A DNA stretch of 64,000 nucleotides from Podarcis vaucheri (Eukaryota). Shown piece by piece: positions 1-11,724 of this stretch; the first letter of the stretch is position 1, and every line of letters begins with the position of its first letter. The translations under genes were made by a program, and so were the position numbers. The DNA lies in the NCBI GenBank assembly GCA_965113315.1, contig OZ220382.1. One strand, 5' to 3'. Under the pieces are notes generated by a model that saw only the letters and a program-made list of their open reading frames with translations, was not told the origin of the DNA and made no database searches.

Positions 1-193
1 TTACAGACTCCGTTAACCCAGAAACACTACCTCAGGTTAAGAACTTTGCTTCAGGATGAGAACAGAAATTGTGTGGCGGTTATGGCAGCAGTGAGAGGCC
101 CCATTAGCTGAAGTGGTACCTCGGGTTAAGAACAGTTTCAGGTTTAGAACGGACCTCCAGAACGAATTAAGTTCTTAACCCGAGGTACCACTG
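1..193. mobile_element. Tc1/mariner(pogo)-type MITE, family A, cut by the window start
   Basis: Ends in TAACCCGAGGTACCACTG followed by TA; nearly identical to the copies at 1446-1674 and 43516-43724. Confidence 0.85.
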
Positions 194-195
194 TA

Positions 196-1210
196 CAGTG
201 GAACCTCGACTTACGTACAGCTCTACAGTGGTGCCCTGCAAGACGAATGCCTCGCAAGACGGAAAACTCGCTAGACGAAAGAGTTTTCCGTTTTGGAGGT
301 GCTTCGCAAAACGAATCTCCTATGGGCTTGCTTCGCAAGACGAAAATGTCTTGCGAGTTCCTGCGGGGTTTTTTTCCTTTACCCCCCCTTCTCTAAGCCG
401 CTAAGCCGCTTATCAGCTGATCCGATAAGCTGCTAAAAGCCGCTAATAGCGCTAATCCGCTAATCCTTCAATGGGCTTGCTTCGCAAGACGAAAAAACTG
501 CTGGACGAAGAGAATCACAGAACGGATTCTTTTCGTCTTGCGAGGCACCACTGTACTTACGTACGATTCCAGTTACGGCCTTCAGTAGGTGCTTCGACTT
601 ATGAACTTTCCTCTAGATATGAACAGAGGCCTTGCCAGCAGCCCAGAGCTCGCCTGGCTGGCTGCAGGGCAGCGCTGGGGTCTCCACCCCCGGGGAGAGG
701 GCTCCCATCCCACCCCCCGAAGCTGTGGAGGAGGTGCCATCTGCAAGAGGCACAGCAGGGCGCACTGCAGCCCCAAACCCCGCCAACGAACTAACCTCAG
801 GAAGTCCAGAGAAGAACCTGGCTTGGCAAGGGAAAAAAAGGGGACCCTGGCTGAAGTGAACCAGCTCTTTACTGACCCTTGCCCCACCCCCAGCTTGTAG
901 CCAGGTAATCCCACCCACCCTCAGTGCACATAAGGAAAAATAAATGTTGATTTTTTTCATCTACAATACTGTCTTATTTATTTTATAGTACAGTGTTTTG
1001 ATTATTGCCTTTATTTTATGGATCTATAGTCTCGTTAGACAGTAAAATCTGTGTTAAATTGCTGTGTTAGGGGGTGTTTTTCATTGTCTAGAATGGATCA
1101 ATTCCCTTTTCCATTACTTTCTATGGAAAAGTGCACCTCTACATATGTATGTTTCTAGTTATGACCGGACCCCCCAGAACGGTTTATGGTTGCAAGTACA
1201 GGTTCCACTG
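196..1210. mobile_element. Tc1/mariner-type MITE, family B, hosting a nested MITE
   Basis: TIRs CAGTGGAACCT / AGGTTCCACTG; TA at 194-195 and 1211-1212. Confidence 0.75.
226..553. mobile_element. Tc1/mariner-type MITE, family C, nested in MITE B
   Basis: TIRs CAGTGGTGCCCTGCAAGACGAA / TTCGTCTTGCGAGGCACCACTG; TA TSD at 224-225 and 554-555; internal CGCAAGACGAAA repeats. Confidence 0.85.
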
Positions 1211-1445
1211 TATGGTTAGGGCATGGGCCAGAGTTTCTGCCAGTAAAGGGGGTGGGTGAAGAAGGGGCATATTTCTGCAACACTGTAAAGGGAGAAGCAG
1301 CATGACTTACTTACAGAAGGATCACATGAAGCAAAATCATGTATGGCCACCCACCACCTTATTCCTATTCTTGGGAGCACAATTTCCCCACCTAAAATAA
1401 TAATAATAATAATGAAGAGGGTGGAGCCTTCCTCCAGTTTGAGTA

Positions 1446-1674
1446 CAGTGGTACCTTGGGTTACAGACACTTCAGGTTACAGACGCTTCAGGTTACAGAC
1501 TCCGCTAACCCAGAAATAGTACCTCGGGTTAAGAACTTTGCATCAGGATGAGAACAGAAATCATGCTCTGGTGGCGCGGCGGCAGTGGGAGGCCCCATTA
1601 GCTAAAGTGGTGCTTCAGGTTAAGAACAGTTTCAGGTTAGGAACGAATTAAGTTCTTAACCCAAAGTACCACTG
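1446..1674. mobile_element. Tc1/mariner-type MITE, family A, complete
   Basis: TIRs CAGTGGTACCTTGGGTTA / TAACCCAAAGTACCACTG; TA TSD. Confidence 0.85.
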
Positions 1675-2504
1675 TACTGTCTTCAATTCACAGTATGTGA
1701 AAAGGAAATTTTGGAGACTAAAAATTCTATTGCCTCTGCCAAGAATGGACATGGATAACTGCTCATTTCCAAACACTTGCCGGTAAGTCTCTGCTGCCTC
1801 AATCATTCCAAGAACAAATTCAAAACCAGCCATTAATAAAATCAACGCTGGGAAATGAAAGCAGAATGGGGGTGGGGGTGAGATGAACAGGGGAAGGATA
1901 ACTGTAAACAGCATATAACATTTACCTAGCAAGAGGCAAAACACACACACACACACACAATGCTTTGTTTTGTTTTTTTTTTAAATTGGGCAGATTGTGG
2001 TTAGTATTAGTAATTCAAGAACCTTTAACTGGGCTGTGGAAAGAAAGAAGCCATTGATCTCAGCACAGCAGGCATGAAATTAACCAACACAGGCTAGCCT
2101 TCACCAAGACGGCGCCTTTCAAAACAAACAATAGGGCTGCTGAACTGTGCATGAAATACAAGCAAGGCTCAGGGTGCTCTCTCCCTCCTGTCACATTGTT
2201 CCGATCATGACAACCTGCAAGGAAATGCCGTCTACGAATGTATAACGTCTCACCACAGGCTAATGGTTTGAACTCAGACTCTTGAGCTCTACAATGAGCA
2301 AATAACTATTGACAGTGTAAGAATTTGCAACAGGAAGGCAGTTTTATGGAATTGGGCCACTGAGCCATCTAGTACAGCACTGCCAACACTAATTGGTAAT
2401 AGTCCTCCAGGTCATCAAAAGGGAGACTATAACTGGAGAGGCTGGGGATTGAATCTGAGACATTTTGCAATAAAAGCATGTGCTCTGCCTTAGAGCCAGT
2501 ACAA

Positions 2505-2860
2505 TGCCCACCCCATACTATTCAACATCTGTATGATTGGGTGTAGTCATAATGAGTTTTGAGCAAGGTGTCATCTGTACGCTGATGATACTCTGCTCTA
2601 TATCTCCACTACGTCTGAGTCATGAAAGACTGTGCAAGCCCTGGACTGGTGCCTGGATACAGAGGTGGACTGAATGAGGGTCAATAAACTAAGCTTGAAT
2701 CCTTGAGATACAAAGGCTTTGGGTGAGGAATCCCAAGTCTGGGAGAAATCTCACCTGCCTGTTCTGGACCAGGTAGCACTCTCTCTAAAGGAGCAGGTAG
2801 GTAGTTTGGGGTTATTCCTTGATCCATCTTTGTCACTAGAGGTCCAGGTGACCTCTAAAC
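2505..2860 (+). mobile_element. Degenerate L2-clade LINE RT fragment
   Basis: Reads LFNI...CHLYADDTLLY (YADD motif) and LDPSLSLEVQV; interrupted by a hAT element at 2861. Confidence 0.7.
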
Positions 2861-3691
2861 CAGTGTTTCCCAACCTTTTTTGGGCAAAGGCACACTTGTT
2901 TCATGAAAAAAAGTCTCGAGGCACACCACCATGCCAGATGGGGAAAGGTCACTTTTTACTTATGTAAAAAAAAAAATAGTAACAACATAGAAGGTAATGG
3001 TTAGGCTAGCATCCCTCTTCCAAATATGCTAGGTTTTTATTTGCAGGGACTGTTCTACATGGGAAAGCATTCAGCACTGTCATTCTCCCATCTGCCATCT
3101 GAATTGGTAATATTCTGGGTCAACTTACTCTGCTGCATGTGTAGATGAAAATAGCACCAAGTGTGGGGGAAGGGGCAGAACAGGTTTCAGATACAGGATA
3201 TGAAGCATACACGTACTTCAGATTGAACTGGTTGCTTGCTTTGCAAGTTTTCATTTCCCAAATGACTGCCTTGGCAAGCGCAATACCTACCAGGCTCAAC
3301 GCCGGTCTCGCGCTGCCGCTTCCCGCGCTCTCAAGGACCCGGGAGGAGGAAGGCGTGAAGGGAATCCCGAAGGCGCGAAAACCTCGCGCATGCGCAGGCC
3401 TTCCGCCTGCGACAGCCCAGTAGGCCGGCCGAAGCGAGCGGCGATGGGATGTGGGAGGGAGCTCGCTCGCCACCCCGCGTGTGCCTATGTGGGGCACGTT
3501 ACAGCCCCGTGACGTCAGCGCCACACAGGCAGCCAGCCAGGCAGACGGCGAGAGCCCCGCGCTGGGCGGCCTCTCCTCGCCGCCGCCGCCCCGCCTCTCG
3601 CCGCCCGCCTCGCCCGCCTCCCTCCCACGGCACACCAGGCAACGTCTCGCAGCACACTAGTGTGCCGCGGAACACCGGTTGGGAAACACTG
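2861..3691. mobile_element. Non-autonomous hAT (Charlie-like) element with GC-rich cargo
   Basis: TIRs CAGTGTTTCCCAACC / GGTTGGGAAACACTG; flanks CTCTAAAC and CTCTAGGG resemble the NTCTAGAN Charlie target, though the TSD is imperfect. Confidence 0.8.
3290..3630 (-). promoter_or_regulatory. CpG-island-like promoter fragment inside the hAT element
   Basis: Very CpG-rich; NRF1 motif GCGCATGCGC at 3386-3395, CRE TGACGTCA at 3510-3517, several GC boxes at 3565-3620. Confidence 0.5.
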
Positions 3692-4659
3692 CTCTAGGGA
3701 CCCATTGGGACTATCTGGGTGGAAAGCAGGGAGATCAGCAGTAGGTGGAGCAAGAGTCAATGTCTGGCAGAGCCATCCCCTGGACTGGTTTAAGTAAGAA
3801 GAATGGTAGGTGTGGGCTGGCTGAGGGCAGATGGAGGTTGATGGGGCAGGGCATCATTCACCCTAATGGAACAACCCACACTGGTGCCTCCCTCTGGTTT
3901 TTCAGCACAACCTAAAGGGCCTCTTGGCACTCAGGCTATTTCTGAATCTGACCCATGTTTGGGTTAAGAAACAGAAGCAATCCAGTTGCTGGCTACAACA
4001 AAAATGAGATTTCAAGTTATTTCCCTTCCCTGCTTCCCTCTTATTCATTTATTGAAATACTTTATATCCCACTTCTCTGCATTAGTGATAATAATAATAA
4101 TAATACTCAATGCAACTTACAGCACAATATGAAAAACAAAGCGACCATAAAAAAGCCCATTAAAAAAAACAAATGCTTGTCAAAATATCATGCCAAAGAT
4201 TATCAGTGAAGGGGAAAGACAACCTCTCTACACACATGCCAGCACAACAGTTCCACAGTCTCATTTCCCAGCCTAGCATACCTCAGGTTATGGAGGTAGG
4301 GCTGTAGGAGATGAGAATATGAATCAATATATTTATTTAGCAAACTGCATGTCACACAGCAATAAACACAACATTTGGCACTCCACAGACACAGTGGGAA
4401 GCCCCCAGGAAATGCAGGCTCAGTGGAGCACATACTGTACTCAATAAAAAGTTTGCCTATGGTTATTATTTAAATGCATTCATAGTTTATTCACACTTTT
4501 GTACATCACCCTAGAATCTTCTGGTGCAGAGTGGTTAACATTTTGAGTGAGGGATGAGGAAGCTGGGAAACTTCAGGGATTGTTTGATAACAATTCCTAA
4601 CTGTTCCTAACTTGGCCAGGGCTGGTGGGAGGTTACTGGTTCCCTGTCCTCATAATACC

Positions 4660-4798
4660 ACAGAATTTCAGAGTTGGAAGGGACCCTGAGGATCATTTAG
4701 TCCAACCCCCTGCAATGCAGGAATGAGCAGCTGTCCCCGCAGCTGAACCTGCAACCTTGGCATCATCAGCACCACGCTCTAACCAACTGAGCTACCCA
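4660..4798 (-). mobile_element. tRNA(Ile)-like SINE with a CR1-type 3' tail
   Basis: Minus strand reads TAGCTCAGTTGGTTAGAGCGTGGTGCTGATGATGCCAAGGTTGCAGGTTC, then GGGGGTTGGACTAAATGATCC...CCCTTCCAACTCTGAAATTCTG, matching the CR1 3' end. Confidence 0.75.
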
Positions 4799-4799
4799 C

Positions 4800-5975
4800 A
4801 CCACAGACAAAGATCGAGAGAACAACCTTGGATTTCCATCTGACATCCATATTTCTTGGGTAACTAGGTGCAGAATGAAATAACATGAATTCATGTCCAA
4901 GGTGACATCAAACGTTGCTGAGTTTGGCCCTCCCGACACCGTTGTCATCCAGCTCAGTGAAAAGGCATCAAGCTCACTTGGAATATAATAGAGAACTTTG
5001 AGAGACTCCTGGATTTATAGCCACATATGATCATTGTTTTGTCACATTTGCTGAAAGGCAGCACTGGCACAACAGTCCAGACCCAGCAGGCATCAACCAG
5101 GACAGGAAGAAGGCAACTACAAAGTAGCATGAAAGTGGAGTGCCTGGGAGAATGGGTGATACAGCACCCTAACATCACATTCGACCAGGAGGCCTTGTAT
5201 TGGTTTGATGGAGTACACATGTCGGAAGCGGGCAACAAAATCTGACTAAGTGACATAGTGGAGGGGCATCAAGTGTTGCTTGCAAGCATGAAGGGCTTTG
5301 TGGCAAGCCGTTTCGGCGCAGTTGGTGGTTAGGCATTGGGTAAGCCTAGGTCTTGGCCCGAGGGAAGGTTGTAGCCTCTGCCTGCCCCTCCTGGGTAAAG
5401 GGTATCCTGTTAATAGGATCTTGAGTGGCTTCTGTCTGACACCCAGGTGGGTGCTAGGGCCATAGCACTTCTCCAATGGGGACTCTATATGGGGGTACCC
5501 CTATTTGATGTAGGTCATATAGCGTGCACCCCCCCAAAAAAAAGATGTGATTTACTCTCAGATGCACTTCCAGCAGACGGGCTTTACCCAATGCCTATGT
5601 CAAACCATTCTCTTCTGTAACCAATAAAGTTATGACCTAGTTGAATTCATAAATCAATATCCTGTTGTCCTTTCTGGTCATTCACTTCCCAGGGAACTGC
5701 AGGATCATGGGGTCTTGGCATGCAAATCCACTCACCTTCTACGGTGGGCAGTGCTGCAGCCAGGCTATGGGCCACGCCAGCGATTCAGCCGATGGCAGGC
5801 CAGATCGCCCGGCTGCTGGCAATTGGCCAGTGCCGGTAGGCTTAGGACAGGCATTCCCCTGGAAGCAGATCTAACTGACCAATGAGCAGCACTTGGGCTC
5901 GCTCCGGGGGGAGGGGGTGGTGGATATATTGTGGCTTGTCTGGTGCTCTTCCTCTGACTTTTTGTTGGATAAATA
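4800..5975 (+). mobile_element. 3' remnant of a Ngaro/DIRS-type retrotransposon with a decayed SGNH hydrolase
   Basis: LGFPSDIHISWVTR...FGPPDTVVIQL...VIQHPNITFDQEALYWFDGVHMSEAGN aligns with the SGNH ORF at 39270-39773; CAATAAAGTT at ~5622 is shared with the other copy. Confidence 0.7.
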
Positions 5976-6952
5976 AATAAATCTTCAAAATATACAGTCA
6001 ATTGCAAACACATGTTTGTGCCACACATACATTATGTATAAAAGAGGAATGTCTGAAATGACGCATAGTGTGCAGCACCTCAGAAATTCCAGTATTTAGT
6101 TTTAATGCTGAGACTTCAATTTCTGACCAATTTCTGACCAACCCCACCCCCGGGAGAGGGCAGCGATGGCACACCACTGGTGCAGAATAAAGACTCACAA
6201 AAGGGGTGGGTGGGAAAGAAAAATGTGAGAATTGTTAAAGAAAGGTTCACAAGTGTTTCAGAGCAGCTGTCAATCTACAATGAAATGCAAAAATCCTGGG
6301 GGAACCTTCTGAAGGACACATGAGGCAAAACCTGGTGAGTACATGGAAGAATGCCTGTGAATATCGAGCAGATACCACAAGAACACATGGGTTTCACACT
6401 CGTTTACAGTGAGGAGCCACATTTGCACAACATGTGGCAGCTTATTACACTGGATCATTGTGGCTTTTCAGAATTCTTGGTCTAATTTGCAGGGTGGAAA
6501 GGGGGACAAAGCTGCAAAGACCTGGAAGTGAACAATCCACAGGGAAAAGGCAGACCTATAAAGCATATGAATGTTACAGAGAAAATAAAGTGAGTGAGAT
6601 ACTGCAGAAATTACAGCCACCCAGTGAGCAAGTGAAAGAAACAGACTGTTCCCAGCTTAGCCAAGCCACTATTATTATTACCAACACAGCTGTTCCAAAG
6701 CCTGTCTGTTTCCATAACTCAAGCAAACAGACCCAGAAATCTTCATAACAAACAACAGAAAAATACGAACACCAAGTGTGTGGCATAAGCAGCAATAAGT
6801 CTTTCTGCCAGCAACAAAGAAGAGGAATACCCGGAGCTCAGGACCATTTCATTCCCATCGCTGGCTGTGTTTATTACTTTTAGGAGACAACCTTGCTAAA
6901 CCTGCCTGTTCTCACTGCTAATGACCTCCTTGAAATGGTAGAATGCCCCCAG

Positions 6953-7348
6953 TAGGGCTGGGTGATATCTGGTTTTCAACATCACAATATATCACCAGCT
7001 AAACATTGTGATATATCGATATATCATGATGTCTGAAATAAGGATGGAACTATGCGGAGGTGAACAGCAGGGCTGGGCAATATCTGTTTTTCAGTATCAT
7101 GATATATCACCAGCTAAACGTCATGATATACTGATATATCACTATGTCTCAAATAAGGATGGAGCTATATAAAGGTATTGGCTGGCTTCGTGGTTTTTCC
7201 TGCATCTGTTTTTCCTGTGATTTTTGCTGACACCTACTTTTGTGATTCACTGCCCCCTGCATGAGTCAGGGGAGAGCAGAGATGGCAGAATTAAAAGGGG
7301 CCACAGGAATCAAGAGAAGCACAATTTCCCCCACATTGTGATTTTTAC

Positions 7349-7389
<41 letters not shown>

Positions 7390-7556
7390 ATTCACATTAT
7401 TGCCAGGTCTAAAATTATGAAACCAATAATATCTGTGAACTGCCCTGAAACCTCCGGGTATATGGCAATATATAAATTCTAATAATTATTATTGTTGATG
7501 TTGTTGTGGACTTCAAACTGGTTTTGGGTGATATGTCAACATATTGCCCAGCCCTA
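6953..7556. mobile_element. Non-autonomous hAT element with a duplicated left end
   Basis: TIRs TAGGGCTGGG / CCCAGCCCTA; perfect 8-bp TSD GCCCCCAG (6945-6952, 7557-7564); second left-end copy at ~7068; internal (CA)n at 7333-7387. Confidence 0.85.
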
Positions 7557-7737
7557 GCCCCCAGCTCAATTTTGCAGCACTCAAAAAGTCCCAGGCTTGA
7601 TTCCTGGCTGTTTAAAGGACCAATTAATTCCAGCTTTGTCCCTATCCTCCTCCCTGCTGAGTTCAACGGGGGGGTAACACTGAGACTGAGAAGGAGGAAG
7701 CTGGCAGGCAGGAAAGCTTCCTGGACTGTCTGTAAGT

Positions 7738-10718
7738 GTCTGTGGGGGAGGGAGACTGTGGGGGAGGGAGAGAGAGAGTGTCTGTGGGGGAGGGAGACAG
7801 TGCTCCTGAAGGTAGGAGTCTATCAATTAATGAAGATGATCATCCAAATGTCATAGACCAAATGGAGCAAACAGCACGCGGACCTAGTGGTGGGAGGAAA
7901 AAATCCTTAAATAAGAGACACGGGGGAATGATTAATGGACTTCAATTTCTGTACACTAATGCGCAAAGCATGGGAAATAAACAAGATGAGCTCGAGCTCT
8001 TAGTACAGCAAAGTAAATATGACATAATAGGCATCACTGAAACCTGGTGGGATAAGTCCCACGATTGGAATGTAATAATGGGGGGATACAATCTATTTCA
8101 GAGAAACAGACCAGACAAGAAAGGAGGAGGAGTGGCGTTATATGTCAGGGATGTGTATACCTGTGAAGAGATCCAAGATTTAGATCCTCAAAGCCAAAGT
8201 GAGAGCATTTGGGTCAAAATTAAGGGAGAGAAGAATAACAGAGACCTCATTGTGGGAGTTTACTATAGATCCCCAAGCCAAACGGAGGACATAGATGATG
8301 CCTTCCTGGAACAGATGGCCAAGCATGCAAAAGGAAGGGAGATAGTAGTAATGGGGGACTTCAATTACCCAGATATTTGTTGGACGTCAAACTCAGCCAA
8401 GAGCATAAGGTCAAACAGATTCCTCACTGGCCTTGAAGACAACTTCATTGTCCAGAAAGTGGGAGAAGCAACAAGAGGAACAGCCATTTTAGATCTGGTC
8501 CTAACCAATGTTGATGACCTGGTTAGTGGGGTAGAAGTGGAAGGATCATTAGGCGCGAGTGATCATGCTCTTCTGAAGTTTACTATACAGCGGAAAGGAG
8601 CAGCCAAGCATACTAGGACTCAATTTCTTGACTTTAAGAAAGCTGACTTCATAAAACTTAGGGAAGTGCTGGGTGAGATCCCATGGACAACAATACTAAA
8701 AGGAAAGGGAGTTCATGATGGCTGGGAGTTTGTTAAGAGGGAGATAGTAAAAGCACAACGTCAGGCAATACCAATGAGACGGAAACATGGAAGGTGCCTA
8801 AAGAAACCAGGGTGGCTATCTAAAGAACTTTTAACTGAATTAAGATTAAAAAAGGATGTGTACAAAAAATGGAAAAGGGGGGAACCACCAAAGAGGAATT
8901 CAAACAAATAGCCAGCACGTGTAGACACAAAGTCAGAAAAGCTAAAGCACAGAATGAACTCAGGCTTGCTAGAGAGGTTAAAAGCAACAAAAAATGCTTT
9001 TATGGGTATGTTCGTAGCAAAAGGAAGAACAAAGAAACAGTGGGGTCACTCAGAGGATAAGATGGTGAAATGCAAACAGGGGACACAGAAAGGGCTGAAC
9101 TCCTCAATGCCTTCTTTGCCTCAGTCTTCTCCGATAAAGAAAACAATGCCCGACCTGAAGAATTTGGAGCAAATGATTCAGCAAAGGAAACACAGCCCAG
9201 AATAACTAAGGAGATAGTACAAGAATATTTGGCTAGTTTAGATGTATTCAAGTCTCCAGGGCCAGATGAACTGCATCCAAGAGTATTAAAAGAACTGGCA
9301 GATGTGATCTCAGAACCACTGGCAGTCATCTTTGAGAATTCCTGGAGAACAGGCGAAGTCCCGGCAGACTGGAGGAGGGCAAATGTTGTCCCTATTTTCA
9401 AAAAGGGGAAAAGAGAGGACCCAAATAATTACCGCCCAGTCAGTCTGACATCAATACCAGGGAAGATTCTGGAGCAGATCATTAAGCAAACAGTCTGTGA
9501 GCACCTAGAAAGGAATACTGTGATCACCAATAGTCAGCATGGATTTCTGAAAAATAAGTCATGTCAGACTAACCTGATCTCGTTTTTTGACAGAATTACA
9601 AGCCTGGTAGATGAAGGGAACGCAGTGGATGTAGCCTACCTTGATTTCAGCAAGGAATTTGACAAGGTGCCCCATGATATTCTTGTAAAGAAGCTGGTAA
9701 AATGCGGTCTTGACTATGCTACCACTCATTGGATTTGTAACTGGCTGACTGACCGAACCCAAAGGGTGCTCATCAATGGTTCCTCTTCATCCTGGAGAAG
9801 AGTGACTAGTGGGGTGCCACAGGGTTCTGTCTTGGGCCCGGTCTTATTCAACATCTTTATCAACGACTTGGATGATGGACTCAAGGGCATCCTGATCAAA
9901 TTTGCAGATGACACCAAACTGGGAGGGGTGGCTAACACCCCAGAGGACAGGATCACACTTCAAAACGACCTTGACAGATTAGAGAACTGGGCAAAAACAA
10001 ACAAGATGAATTTTAACAGGGAGAAATTTAAAGTATTGCACTTGGGCAAAAAAAATGAGAGGCACAAATACAAGATGGGTGACACCTGGCTTGGGAGCAG
10101 TACATGTGAAAAGGATCTAGGAGTCTTGGTTGACCACAAACTTGACATGAGCCAACAAGTGTGACGCGGCAGCTAAAAAAGCCAGTGCAATTCTGGGCTG
10201 CATCAATAGGAGTATAGCATCTAGATCAAGGGAAGTAATAGTGCCACTGTATTCTGCTCTGGTCAGACCTCACCTCCAGAGGAGGGCAACCAAAATGATC
10301 AAAGGCCTGGAAACGATGCCTTATGAGGAACGGCTAAGGGAGCTGGGCAGGTTTAGCCTGGAGAAGAGGAGGTTAAGGGGTGATATGATAGCCATGTTCA
10401 AATATATAAAAGGATGTCACATAGAGGAGGGAGAAAGGTTGTTTTCTGCTGCTCCAGAGAAGCGGACACGGAGCAATGGATCCAAACTAAAAGAAAGACG
10501 ATTCCACCTAAACCTTAGGAAGAACTTCCTGACAGTAAGAGCTGTTCGACAGTGGAATTTGCTGCCAAGGAGTGTGGTGGAGTCTCCTGCTTTGGAGGTC
10601 TTTAAGCAGAGGCTTGACAACCGTATGTCAGGAGTGCTCTGATGGTGTTTCCTGCTTGGCAGGGGGTTGGACTCGATGGCCCTTGTGGTCTCTTCCAACT
10701 CTATGATTCTATGATTCT
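7738..10718 (+). mobile_element. CR1 LINE, 5'-truncated, spanning nearly all of ORF2
   Basis: APE endonuclease (YTNAQS, GITETWWD, MGDFNYPD, SDH), RT (PGPD, GVPQGSVLGP, KFADD) and the canonical (ATTCTATG)n tail ending at 10718. Confidence 0.95.
7927..10642 (+). pseudogene. Disrupted CR1 ORF2 (endonuclease-reverse transcriptase)
   Basis: Frameshift near 8880, stop at 9058-9060, frameshift near 10160, and a 63-nt in-frame deletion near 10275 relative to the copy at 16039-16558. Confidence 0.9.
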
Positions 10719-11464
10719 AAGTAAGAAGGCAGACTGATATGGGGCTGTCTGAGGGCAAACGAAGCCCCATTCACTCTATTGCACAAGCCTCCACTGACTT
10801 GCAGGTAAAGGAGCCATAATTATAACACTAGAAACATGTTGCGGTCAGAGTAGACAACACTGGGTGCAGTAGGCATATAGTATGATGCAGTATAGGGTTG
10901 TTTTTTATGTTCCTAAAATACATTCATTCACTCAAGAAAACTTGGGGTGGGAGGTGTCTGGATCAAAAATGTCTGAAGGTGGGCAGCATTAAAACATGAG
11001 CTGCAATTACACCTGAGAAGCAATTCTTGACTGTTTCCAGTTGTCTCTTTTGTTAAAACCATTTCCTTTTGCAAACTGAAGCTACAGGATCAAACTATAA
11101 ATCTATGCACAGTCGTATGCAGGAGCTGGCTCTTAGCTGTACTCACTTAACAGAGAGAAATACACTGCTCATAGAAACGTTTACCTTCAGCCCACACAAG
11201 CCTATCATCATTCTGGTTACTCTTGAAAATCACTGACATTTCAACTGTGCACACACACACACATGCCTCTATCTCAAAAGGAGATTAGAAAGACTTCAGG
11301 GAAGCAGCATGAACTGTAAAACTATTTCTGTTCCTCTGAAGCAATGAGGGTGTCAGACTACACAAAGAGATATACTTGGTTTACAGATCTGTGTCATTAT
11401 AACATTTAAAGTCCTTGGTATAATGTTTCTCTATCCACCCCCAAAGAAATCCATTTGTGATATA

Positions 11465-11724
11465 CCGTATTTTTTGCTCTATAAGACTCACTTTTTCCCT
11501 CCTAAAAAGTAAGGGGAAATGTGTGTGCATCTTATGGAGCGAATGCAGGCTGCGCAGCTATCCCAGAAGCCAGAACAGCAAGAGGGATTGCTGCTTTCAC
11601 TGCGCAGCAATCCCTCTTGCTCTTCTGGCTTCTGAGATTCAGAATATATTTTTTTCTTGTTTTCCTCCTCCAAAAACTAGGCGTGTCTTGTGGTCTGGTG
11701 CGTCTTATAGAGCGAAAAATATGG
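11465..11724. mobile_element. Tc1/mariner(pogo)-type MITE
   Basis: TIRs CCGTATTTTTTGCTCTATAAGAC / GTCTTATAGAGCGAAAAATATGG; TA TSD; internal palindrome AGAGGGATTGCTGC...GCAGCAATCCCTCT. Confidence 0.85.

Noticed and set aside
226-553. Regularly recurring CGCAAGACGAAA units resembling a CRISPR-like array
   Set aside because: Irregular spacing, eukaryotic context and enclosing TIRs identify them as MITE subterminal repeats.
3120-3760. Several overlapping Arg/Pro/Ala-rich ORFs
   Set aside because: Expected by-product of high GC content inside the hAT cargo.
4740-4798. tRNA-Ile-like sequence
   Set aside because: The T arm and acceptor stem are broken and it is fused to a CR1 tail, so it is a SINE head rather than a tRNA gene. 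The same applies to the Ala/Cys-like heads at 22790 and 32060.
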